From contig JBMFOM010000001.1 of NCBI GenBank assembly GCA_049969615.1, forward strand, positions 32,083-96,082: DNA of 64,000 nt, read 5' to 3'. The notes under the pieces are model-generated. The model did no database searches. It worked only from the letters and a program-made list of their open reading frames with translations, and was not told where the DNA came from. Within the stretch, counting starts at the first letter, position 1, and every line of letters begins with the position of its first letter. The stretch comes from a candidate division WOR-3 bacterium. Lineage in GTDB: Bacteria; Hydrothermota; Hydrothermia; JBDRYB01. Made by a program: the position numbers and the translations under genes. Positions 46,048 to 54,041 of this stretch are shown here, in pieces.

Positions 46048-47496
46048 ATGAATGATAAAGCGATTCGGGTTCGTTTCGCTCCCAGCCCAACAGGTTACCT
46101 GCACCTGGGCGGAGCGAGGACTGCCCTTTATAACTGGCTCTTCGCGAGGAAGACCGGAGGCGTCTTCATCCTGAGGATTGAGGACACGGATAGGTCAAGG
46201 CTCGTGCCGGATTCTGTTCAGGACATAACCGAGAACCTCGCTTGGCTGGGAATACCGCCCGACGAGGGGCCGTATTTCCAATCGGAGAGGAGGGACATAT
46301 ATCTCAAGAAGGCACAGGAGCTCGTGGAGCGCGGAGCCGCGTATCCGTGTTTCTGCACGCATGAGCGCCTTGACAGGGTTAGGGAGGAACGCAGGAGGGC
46401 CGGGCTGAAGGTTGGCTATGACAGGGCCTGTAGGAACCTCTCGCCGGAGGAGGCCTCTGACAGGATGAGACATGGCGTGCCACATGTGATCAGGCTAAAG
46501 GTGCCGCTTTCTGGCGAGATAACATTCGTGGACCTCCTGAGGGGCAAGATAACCTATGAGTGCAGGGAGCTTGAGGACATAGTGCTCCTTAAGTCAGACG
46601 GCTGGCCAACATATCACCTGGCGAATGTGGTTGATGACCACGATATGGGGATAACCCACATAATGCGCGCGGACGAATGGCTCCCCTCAGTGCCTTATCA
46701 TGTCATCATGTATGAGGCATTCGGTTGGGAACCGCCCCTGTTCGTTCATCTGCCGGTCATCCTCTCGCCGGACGGCAAGGGTAAGATGTCAAAGAGGGCC
46801 GGCGCTTTTGCCATAAGGGAAGTGAGGGCCGAGGGGTATCTCCCTGAGGCTGTGGTCAATTACCTGGCCCTGTTGGGCTGGTCTCCAGGGGACGACAGGG
46901 AGATAATGAGCCTGGCGGAGATGGCAGAGAAGTTCAGCCTTGAAAGGCTCTCGGTTAGGGGGGCTGTTTTCAGCTATGATAAACTGCTCTGGATGAACGG
47001 GGAATACCTGCGCGCGACCGCTGACGAGAGGCTTTTTCAGCTGGCTTTGTCGTTCTACGAGAAGGCGGGCTACATGGACCAGGAGACCATCCGTAGGATA
47101 ATCCCCCTGTTCAAGGACAGGGTCAAGACCCTGAGTGAACTGCCGGCCATATCCGGGTATTTCTTCAGAGAACCGGAATCCTACGACGAGGCCGGGGTCA
47201 AAAAACACTTCAAGGGGACAGAGACAGCCAACATCCTGATGGAGCTCGCGAATAAGCTATCTGGCCTCCAGCGGTGGGAGCCAATGGAAATAGAGAGGGT
47301 CATCCGCGCGCTCGCGGAACACAACAGCGTCTCTGCGGGAAAAATCATTCACCCAGCGAGGCTCGCGCTCTCTGGAATGACCTTCGGCCCAGGACTATTT
47401 GAGATGATGGCCGCCCTGGGAAAGGAGACCTGCCTCGCCAGGCTGAGAAGGGCCTCGGAATGGATAGAGAAAAACCTTGAGGAGGTGGGGAAATGA
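46048..47496 (+). CDS. gltX: Glutamyl-tRNA synthetase
   Basis: IRVRFAPSPTGYLHLGGARTALYNWLFA contains the HIGH motif, and KMSKR is also present. The start MNDKAIRVRF lies 6 nt downstream of a CATAAT -10 (TTGAAT-N18-CATAAT), again a leaderless arrangement. The ORF track start is at 46000. Confidence 0.9.
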   Translation: MNDKAIRVRFAPSPTGYLHLGGARTALYNWLFARKTGGVFILRIEDTDRSRLVPDSVQDITENLAWLGIPPDEGPYFQSERRDIYLKKAQELVERGAAYPCFCTHERLDRVREERRRAGLKVGYDRACRNLSPEEASDRMRHGVPHVIRLKVPLSGEITFVDLLRGKITYECRELEDIVLLKSDGWPTYHLANVVDDHDMGITHIMRADEWLPSVPYHVIMYEAFGWEPPLFVHLPVILSPDGKGKMSKRAGAFAIREVRAEGYLPEAVVNYLALLGWSPGDDREIMSLAEMAEKFSLERLSVRGAVFSYDKLLWMNGEYLRATADERLFQLALSFYEKAGYMDQETIRRIIPLFKDRVKTLSELPAISGYFFREPESYDEAGVKKHFKGTETANILMELANKLSGLQRWEPMEIERVIRALAEHNSVSAGKIIHPARLALSGMTFGPGLFEMMAALGKETCLARLRRASEWIEKNLEEVGK

Positions 47497-47933
47497 CCAG
47501 GTTTGAGCGTTCGGCGGGTATAATAGTCTTCAGGATAGAGAATGGTAAGCCCCTTTATCTGCTCCTGAAACACCCCTCGTATTGGGGATTCCCAAAAGGC
47601 CACCTTGAGGACGGCGAGACCGAGGAGGACACTGCCCTTCGCGAGCTCGCTGAGGAAACTGGCCTGACCCATGTGGAGATGATCCCTGATTTTCGTGAGG
47701 TGATCCAATACTGGTTCAAAAAGGAAGGCCACAACATCCACAAGAGGGTGATATTCTTTCTCGCCAGAACGGATAAGCCGGATCTGAGGCTCTCACATGA
47801 GCACGAGGAGGCGGGGTGGTTTGACTTTGATGAGGCGAACCGGAGGGCCAGGTATCGGAATCAGCGCAGTATCCTAGCAAAGGCGCACCAGAGGGTAAAG
47901 GGGATGATCGGGAATGGGAATGGGAATGGATAA
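47493..47933 (+). CDS. Nudix hydrolase
   Basis: The Nudix box GHLEDGETEEDTALRELAEETGL is present. The C-terminal GNGNGNG comes from a (gggaat)x3 repeat in the DNA. Confidence 0.8.
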   Translation: MTRFERSAGIIVFRIENGKPLYLLLKHPSYWGFPKGHLEDGETEEDTALRELAEETGLTHVEMIPDFREVIQYWFKKEGHNIHKRVIFFLARTDKPDLRLSHEHEEAGWFDFDEANRRARYRNQRSILAKAHQRVKGMIGNGNGNG

Positions 47934-47984
47934 GATCCGTAGGCGGCAGGGAGGATATTTTCCTTCGGGCAATCGCCTCTTCCC

Positions 47985-48830
47985 TTAACCATTTTTCACC
48001 CTTTCCCACCCGGCCGCAAAAATACAGAGTGCCCTCTGAGCCTTGTTCGCCCCAGCCCGGCATGACACCCATAGCTTTCTGAGCCTTCCGGGCCTCCGTC
48101 GTCCCCTGAGGATATCCTGGTCCCGCGCGAGGAAAAACCTGGCGAGGCAGGACTCAATGCCAATAGCCCGAGCGAGCGCAAATGCCTTTCCGAGGTCAAC
48201 TATGGGCAATATCCTCTCCGCGTCAATCCTCCAGATCAGCCTCGGGCCAAAGGTAAATGAGCTCAGAGCGGCGTGCGCGGCGATGATGATGAGCTCATCC
48301 TCAGGGGAGAGAAACCCCTCACTGGAACGGTTCCAGAGCTTGCCGGGTGGAATAAAGAGCTCTCTGGCAACCGGATGCGCGTGCAGATCAACATTTATCC
48401 TCCCCCTGTGCATGACAACGCTTTTAGGGCTGGATATTACCTCGGAGAAACCCTCCCCTGAGAGTATCCGGACAAAACTGGAGATATCGCGAGGCCTGAC
48501 CAGGATGTCTATGTCCAGGAGGGGCCTTTCCTGGGGAAGGTAGAGGCCGCGGGCTATGAGGGACGCGCCCTTCATGGGCAGAAAATCAGGCGCAACCTCC
48601 CTCAGAAACGACATGATAGCCATGTGCGCGAGGGTATTTGAGGCCTGGCTGGAGTAATCCGGAAAGAGGGTTGACCTGGCCTCCGGGCAGTCTATGACAG
48701 GATAAACCAGGCCGAGAATACCATGCTGGAGTGCTAGAACACGAAAACCATGCCAGTCGTGAACCTCAGCAGGCCTTCCCCTCAGGAACGAGAGGAGCGC
48801 GTCCGCGAGCTCGGTAGGGTTATGCTCCAA
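47985..48830 (-). CDS. Uncharacterised nucleotidyltransferase-family protein, the kind found in lasso-peptide / HprK-related kinase neighbourhoods
   Basis: A 281-aa protein. It is the last gene of the operon and overlaps the kinase gene by 11 nt. The family assignment is by pattern recognition only. Confidence 0.5.
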   Translation of the reverse strand: MEHNPTELADALLSFLRGRPAEVHDWHGFRVLALQHGILGLVYPVIDCPEARSTLFPDYSSQASNTLAHMAIMSFLREVAPDFLPMKGASLIARGLYLPQERPLLDIDILVRPRDISSFVRILSGEGFSEVISSPKSVVMHRGRINVDLHAHPVARELFIPPGKLWNRSSEGFLSPEDELIIIAAHAALSSFTFGPRLIWRIDAERILPIVDLGKAFALARAIGIESCLARFFLARDQDILRGRRRPGRLRKLWVSCRAGANKAQRALCIFAAGWERVKNG

Positions 48831-49554
48831 TACCGGCTATCTCCTTGATGGCCCGCAGTCCTTCTTTCTTGCCCGGAAAACGGAGGGCAAAAATCCCCTG
48901 GTCGCTCAGACGAGCAACGAGCGCAAGGCCAGGCTTTCCAGTGGCCCGAAGGTTGAAGTTCTCCCGAAGCAGTTCCAGGGCCGCGTCGCGGCCACTGATC
49001 CTCTCAAGCCTAGTCCGGGAGCCAGGGGCATACCTGAGCGAGATTATCTGAAATAGTCCCGCGGGTCCGGAAATGCTGTCCGGCAAAAATGACATGGGCA
49101 TGGAGGGAAAGACGAATTTGCCGTCAAGGCTTACCGGCGCGCCATCCTCGGCCATGAACCCGTATCCTTCATCGCAGAGGGCCATCGCGAGGGTTGTCTT
49201 TCCGGAACCCCTTGGGCCGATCATCAGCAGGGCGCCCGGCTCCATTCTAACGGCCGAGGCGTGGAGCACCAGGGCATCAGACATCTCCGGAGCGAGAATT
49301 CTCCTGGTCCAATAGGAAAGGACATTGATGAAATCCAGCTCAGCGGGAAGCTCACTGAAGAAACAGACATTGCCCTCTGTCTCAAAGAAATCCTCCTGAT
49401 TCCTCAACCCGACCGAGAGAACGAGATCCGGCGGGCCCGGGTCCCGGAACCTTGATATGAAACCAGAGAAGAGTTCAGCAAACTCTGGGGAGTGATCCCA
49501 GGCCACTTTCTTTCCGAAGTGGAGGGTAATTAGAGCCTTGGGCGAGTCAACCAT
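48820..49554 (-). CDS. HPr kinase C-terminal-domain-like (HprK-related) serine kinase
   Basis: A P-loop (LMIGPRGSGKTTLAMALCDEGYGFMAEDG) matches the HprK C-domain pattern G-x-SG-x-GKS/T ... L-x-ADD. There is no N-terminal HprK domain. Confidence 0.7.
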   Translation of the reverse strand: MVDSPKALITLHFGKKVAWDHSPEFAELFSGFISRFRDPGPPDLVLSVGLRNQEDFFETEGNVCFFSELPAELDFINVLSYWTRRILAPEMSDALVLHASAVRMEPGALLMIGPRGSGKTTLAMALCDEGYGFMAEDGAPVSLDGKFVFPSMPMSFLPDSISGPAGLFQIISLRYAPGSRTRLERISGRDAALELLRENFNLRATGKPGLALVARLSDQGIFALRFPGKKEGLRAIKEIAGIGA

Positions 49555-49556
49555 TC

Positions 49557-49799
49557 TCAGGCGAGAAGGCCCATCTGAGCCAGCTCCTCAATGAAGGCCG
49601 CGGCGTCCGCGAGGGCCTGATCCTCCGCTATGCCATATTCCCCGACCAGGAGCCTGGCTATCTCGGATTCGGTGAGCTCCGCGTTTTCCCAGACCAAGGC
49701 CGCTGTTTCGTTCAGGACAAATGACCGGTCTTCCTCCGGATCATAGATGATGAGACCATCCTCTATGCGTTGCGTCAACAATCCCTCTTTTCTTCTCAT
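49557..49799 (-). CDS. PqqD-family peptide-binding chaperone (RiPP recognition element-like), 80 aa
   Basis: MRRKEGLLTQRIEDGLIIYDPEEDRSFVLNETAALVWENAELTESEIARLL... This follows the characteristic PqqD pattern (x-dG-x-hh-d-x4-YxLN-x-tA-x-hW). Confidence 0.7.
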   Translation of the reverse strand: MRRKEGLLTQRIEDGLIIYDPEEDRSFVLNETAALVWENAELTESEIARLLVGEYGIAEDQALADAAAFIEELAQMGLLA

Positions 49800-50401
49800 T
49801 TGGTCATCAGGAGGTAAATGCTGAAAAACATCAGTCCGGTTGTGACGAGGTTCAGGACAAGGTTGAAGTTTTCCATCGTGCAGAGACGAAAAGCCTTTGG
49901 AACAACTATGACCTGGCCCGGTAAGACCGGCTCATCCGCCTGTTTGCCAGAGAGTATCGCGCCCAGGTCAACGCGTCTGGTCTCCCATTTGCCGCCGACC
50001 CTTGTCCTCACTATGACTGCGGATAACCTGGCATCCGGCGCGGCGCCTCCGGCGGCCTGGAGCGCGTCGGCTATGGTCATCCCCTTCCTGAACTGAACAG
50101 GGCCAGGGATATTGACCCTGCCGGTCACCATTACTTGCGGGGGGATCAGGTTCTCAACCGAAAGCAGTATCAGGGGGTCTTTGTAATATGGCGCGAGGTG
50201 GGCGCTCAGGGTGTCCTTGAACTCGTCAAAGCTCAGTCCTCCGGCCCGGACCTTCCCGGTGAGCCTGAGATATAGATAACCGGAATCATCAATCGCTGAT
50301 ATCTCGGAGAAACCAGAGGTTCCTGGGATCTCAACCTTAAGGATGTCCCCAGGCCTCAGGGTATCCGAAGAAACAGCCAAAAGCACAATATAAGCGAGCA
50401 C
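49796..50401 (-). CDS. Polysaccharide export protein (Wza/BexD-like, Poly_export plus SLBB) with a C-terminal TM helix
   Basis: The N-terminus LRPGDILKVEIPGTSGFS and the later VMVTGRVNIPGPVQFRKGMTIADALQAAGG segment are the Poly_export and SLBB signatures. It overlaps the pqqD-like gene by 4 nt. Confidence 0.7.
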   Translation of the reverse strand: MLAYIVLLAVSSDTLRPGDILKVEIPGTSGFSEISAIDDSGYLYLRLTGKVRAGGLSFDEFKDTLSAHLAPYYKDPLILLSVENLIPPQVMVTGRVNIPGPVQFRKGMTIADALQAAGGAAPDARLSAVIVRTRVGGKWETRRVDLGAILSGKQADEPVLPGQVIVVPKAFRLCTMENFNLVLNLVTTGLMFFSIYLLMTK

Positions 50402-50457
50402 GGGAAAAGTTTAATGGTTGTCCGGAGGCTCACGCAACAAAAACTCGGAACGAAAAG

Positions 50458-52077
50458 CTATTTCAGGCCGACCGGCGCCTTCGCTGTCGCGGTTCCGGAT
50501 GATGTTGAGAGGACGATGTAATATATGCCCCGGGAAAGTCCCTCAGTTGAGAGAGTCACCCTGTGATAGCCAGCGGGCACCTCATCGCCAAAGGCCTCCT
50601 TGACCAGCCTGCCAGAGGGGTCATAGAGCGCTACCGAGACGTAGCCCTCGCGGGGAACCGAGAACAGCACCTCAAACCTGCCCCTGTGAGGAACCGCAAC
50701 CAGGGAGAGCCCCGGCGGGGCTGGCATGTCCTCGTATATTTCCAGCGGCCTTATGCAGACCCACCTGTAGAACATATCCGCGTCCGTGATGGGAAGGTCC
50801 ATATCTGACCAGACAACGCAAGCACAGGTGTCCCTGGCGGCCGTGGATGGCAGGATTGACCAGTGCCGGGTGTTGTTGGAGGCGTTGACCGCGGGCCAGG
50901 ACCAGTTCTGGCCCCAGTCAAAGGAATACTGATACATGATCTCGCCGTTGAACGTAGGTGTGCTCCTGAACCACCAGAAGATGTGGACATACCGGCCCGT
51001 CGGGTCGCAGGCTACAGAAGGAGCCGCGGCCCAGCCTCCCCCGTGGGCCTCCGCGGAGTCTATGGTCATGGCTGAGCCGGAGCCAGAGGGAATCCAGGTC
51101 GCGCCGTTGTCGGTGGAGCGCTTGAACCTTATGTAATAGGCGTCATCCCAGGCGGCGTATACATAGTTGCCGGCCGCGGCTATGCTCGGATACCCGTAGA
51201 AGGATATGAGGCTCGTTGTGGCGAAGAGGGTGGTCGCGGATGACCAGTTCGCGCCGGAGTTGGTTGAACGGATGTATAGCTTGTCTATGGAAGTCAGACC
51301 CCACCTCAGGAAAATGATGTGGACATAGGGCCCGGACGCCGCTATGTCGGGCCACATAATCGGGAATGGCAGGAGGCTTATCTCATATATCCTCTGTTGT
51401 TCCGCGAGCCAGGTCGCGCCGTTGTCCGTTGACCGCCTCAGGGTTATGTCCATGTAGGAATCGTGATCGGAGTTATCAATCCATATCGCATAAACATTGT
51501 TTCCGGCCGCGGCGATCACAGGGCCATAGGCAACAGAATCAATGTCATGCAGGAGAACGGGTGAGGACCAGTTCACCCCAGCGTTGGTGCTCCTGGCGTA
51601 GTATATCCAGTAGTGATGCCTCTCAACCGTGTCCGTGTCCCCGCCGCCCAGGTTTATGTAGTATGTCCAGACCGAGTCTATGTCCCATATCGCGTGGACA
51701 TAGTTTCCATTAGCGCAAAGTGATGTCTGGCTGGGTCCCATGCCTATCTTAAAGGTGGTGTCGCCGTGTGGCGGTGGATCCGAGGGATCGGAAACCGTCA
51801 TCAGGGTAACAACCGAGCCCCAAGTGGAGCCAAAGTCAGTGGAGCGCCGATATACCACCGAGCCGCCAGAATAATAATCCGTCCGGTTGTTCTCGGACCA
51901 GAGCACATGGACGATATCTCCGACCGCGGCCGAGTTGTGCTGGGTTCCATGGCAGGATATAGAGCAGTTGTTCGGGGTGTTGGATATGTTGGTCACCGGG
52001 CCCCAGTTCTGGGCCAGAACGGCCGGAGCGAGAACGAGAAGCCCGGCCCAGAGCTTGATCAGATCATGTCTTTTCAT
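50458..52077 (-). CDS. BNR/Asp-box repeat (sialidase-like) secreted protein with a T9SS C-terminal sorting domain
   Basis: The real start is MKRHDLIKLWAGLLVLAPAVLAQ (signal peptide), preceded by an AGGAGG RBS. Six S-x-D-x-G-x-T-W repeats are present (RSTDFGSTW, RSTNAGVNW, RSTDNGATW twice, RSTNSGANW, SFDWGQNW). The C-terminus is VSVALYDPSGRLVKEAFG...IYYIVLSTSSG. The 5' extension in the ORF track is a translation of repeat copy D. Confidence 0.75.
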   Translation of the reverse strand: MKRHDLIKLWAGLLVLAPAVLAQNWGPVTNISNTPNNCSISCHGTQHNSAAVGDIVHVLWSENNRTDYYSGGSVVYRRSTDFGSTWGSVVTLMTVSDPSDPPPHGDTTFKIGMGPSQTSLCANGNYVHAIWDIDSVWTYYINLGGGDTDTVERHHYWIYYARSTNAGVNWSSPVLLHDIDSVAYGPVIAAAGNNVYAIWIDNSDHDSYMDITLRRSTDNGATWLAEQQRIYEISLLPFPIMWPDIAASGPYVHIIFLRWGLTSIDKLYIRSTNSGANWSSATTLFATTSLISFYGYPSIAAAGNYVYAAWDDAYYIRFKRSTDNGATWIPSGSGSAMTIDSAEAHGGGWAAAPSVACDPTGRYVHIFWWFRSTPTFNGEIMYQYSFDWGQNWSWPAVNASNNTRHWSILPSTAARDTCACVVWSDMDLPITDADMFYRWVCIRPLEIYEDMPAPPGLSLVAVPHRGRFEVLFSVPREGYVSVALYDPSGRLVKEAFGDEVPAGYHRVTLSTEGLSRGIYYIVLSTSSGTATAKAPVGLK

Positions 52078-52137
52078 GAATGCACCTCCTTTCACAACGG
52101 GGGAAATTATAGTGCATCCGGCACCGCGGTTCAAGCA

Positions 52138-52207
52138 ATGGTTCTGGCTATGATGAGACTTTCGGATAGGGACCAAGGACAAACCGGGGTTTTTCAGGGG
52201 TTTCAAT
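52138..52207 (+). repeat. Intergenic repeat family, copy D (3' half only)
   Basis: The sequence ggttctggctatgatgagactttcggatagggaccaaggacaaaccggggtttttcaggggtttcaata aligns to the 3' half of copies A, C and E. Confidence 0.8.
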
Positions 52208-52354
52208 AAGGCAATCCCCGATCCTCCTAAGCTAAGCCTTAGGACCATAGGCACTTCCGCCGAACTTATTGACGGACAGGGACTTATAATGGATCGAACC
52301 TGGGTCTGGTGAGAACAGGCACCGGGTCAAGGAGAGACATTATAATTTCCCACC

Positions 52355-53233
52355 ATGAAAACCCTGCTTATGTTTCCGGGCCAGGCATCTCAGTATGTCG
52401 GGATGGGAAAGGCCCTGTACGAGAGTAGCGAGAAGGCTCGCGTTGTAATGGACATGGCCCAGGAAATAACGGGCCTACCCATAAAGAGGATGTGCTTTGA
52501 GGGACCGGAGGAGCTTTTGACCAGGACTGATAATGCCCAGCCGTGCATAGTCGCTTGCTCGCTGGCCGCGCTGTCTGCGTGGGAGGGCGAGTTTCACATG
52601 GCAACGGGTCACAGCCTCGGGGAGTATTCAGCCCTTGCCGCGGCAGGCGCGATAACCTACGAGGACGCCATGAGGCTGGTCAAGAGAAGGGGCGAGCTCA
52701 TGGCAAGGGCGGATGAGATGAGGCCGGGGACCATGGCCGCGATAGTCGGGCTGGACGAGGCGAGCATAAGGGATGCCCTCGCGGAGGCAGGGGGCGTTGT
52801 CATAATAGCGAACATAAACTCGCCTGACCAGATCGTGATCTCAGGTGAGACGGACGCGGTCGCAATGGCGAGCGAGATACTCTCCGGGCGCGGGGCCAAG
52901 AGGGTTATTCCCCTGAAGGTCTCGGCCGCGTTTCACTCTCCGCTCATGGAACCGGCCTCAGAGGCCCTGAGGCCGGACATAGAGGCCACGGAGTTCAGGG
53001 CGCCGAGGGTCCCGGTGATACCATGCGCTACCGCAAAGGCAACAACCGACCCCGCGGAACTCAAAAACGCGCTGTTGGTTCAACTGCTCAGCCCGGTCAG
53101 GTGGACGGACATGCTTGCCGAGGCGAGAAACCGGGGCGCGGAGAGATTCCTTGAGATGGGGCCAGGAAAGGTATTGCAGGGCTTGGCGAAGAGGACAGTT
53201 CAGGACGCGACCATAGAGGGGTTCGGCTCGTAG
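52355..53233 (+). CDS. fabD: Malonyl-CoA:ACP transacylase
   Basis: LMFPGQASQYVGMG and the active-site GHSLGEYSAL motif are present. Confidence 0.9.
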   Translation: MKTLLMFPGQASQYVGMGKALYESSEKARVVMDMAQEITGLPIKRMCFEGPEELLTRTDNAQPCIVACSLAALSAWEGEFHMATGHSLGEYSALAAAGAITYEDAMRLVKRRGELMARADEMRPGTMAAIVGLDEASIRDALAEAGGVVIIANINSPDQIVISGETDAVAMASEILSGRGAKRVIPLKVSAAFHSPLMEPASEALRPDIEATEFRAPRVPVIPCATAKATTDPAELKNALLVQLLSPVRWTDMLAEARNRGAERFLEMGPGKVLQGLAKRTVQDATIEGFGS

Positions 53234-53243
53234 AACAGGGAGC

Positions 53244-53954
53244 CTACATGGCCTCCTGGACGATCCTTATCCCCGAGGATGTGCCTATGACATCCGCGCC
53301 AGCCAACTGCATCCTCTGCAGGTCCTCAAGCGTCCTTATGCCGCCGGAGGCCTTCACCCCACAGCCGGTCCCCTCAACAGCAAAGTGTAGCAAAGCAACA
53401 TCATATAGGGTCGCTCCCCCGGCGAGGAACCCCGTGGAGGTCTTTACGAAAGAGACCCCCGCGCCAGCGAGGGCTTTTGCCGCGCCCTCTTTCTCTTCCT
53501 CAGAAAGAAGCCCGCACTCAAGAATTGCCTTGAGGGGAACGCCAAAAGAAAGGAGCGCGTTTGCCTCGGCCTCAAGCCCAGCGAAATCCTTTCTCTTAGC
53601 CAGGGAGATGTCAATCACATAGTCAATCTCGGAGACCCCGGTATTGACGAGGAGCTCAGCCTCCCTCACCTTCACATCAATGGCGTGAAAACCCATCGGA
53701 AAACCAACAACCGAGACAAGGGGCATCTTCTCCGCGCCGATGGCCTCGCGAGCCACCGCGGCCGCTTTCGGGCCTACGACTATTGATCTGAAGGGATACT
53801 TCAGGCTCTCCTGGACGAACCTCAGGACCTGGTCTGGGGTCGCCTCTGGGTGGAGCAATGTGTTATCAATTACTCTGGCCACATCATCCGGATCAGCAGG
53901 CTCAAGGAAGGCCTTCCTGGCCTCCTCGGCCCATGCTTGGGCTTTTCGGTTCAT
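53244..53954 (-). CDS. deoC: Deoxyribose-phosphate aldolase
   Basis: IDNTLLHPEATPDQV, VVGFPMG and the Schiff-base lysine context FVKTSTGF are present. The real start MNRKAQAW lies 6 nt downstream of a minus-strand GGGTTATAAT. The ORF track start is the MGYN artefact. Confidence 0.85.
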   Translation of the reverse strand: MNRKAQAWAEEARKAFLEPADPDDVARVIDNTLLHPEATPDQVLRFVQESLKYPFRSIVVGPKAAAVAREAIGAEKMPLVSVVGFPMGFHAIDVKVREAELLVNTGVSEIDYVIDISLAKRKDFAGLEAEANALLSFGVPLKAILECGLLSEEEKEGAAKALAGAGVSFVKTSTGFLAGGATLYDVALLHFAVEGTGCGVKASGGIRTLEDLQRMQLAGADVIGTSSGIRIVQEAM

Positions 53955-53960
53955 GCGCAA

Positions 53961-53989
53961 ATTATAACCCATAGCCCGCGCGGGATCAT
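53961..53989 (-). promoter_or_regulatory. Conserved promoter module on the minus strand (ATGATCCCGCGCGGGCTATGGGTTATAAT), driving leaderless deoC
   Basis: The plus strand reads attataacccatagcccgcgcgggatcat. Confidence 0.6.
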
Positions 53990-54041
53990 GTATTTAGGTA
54001 TCTGGGAAGACCGGGCAGACCCACCCCCACGGACCGACCTG

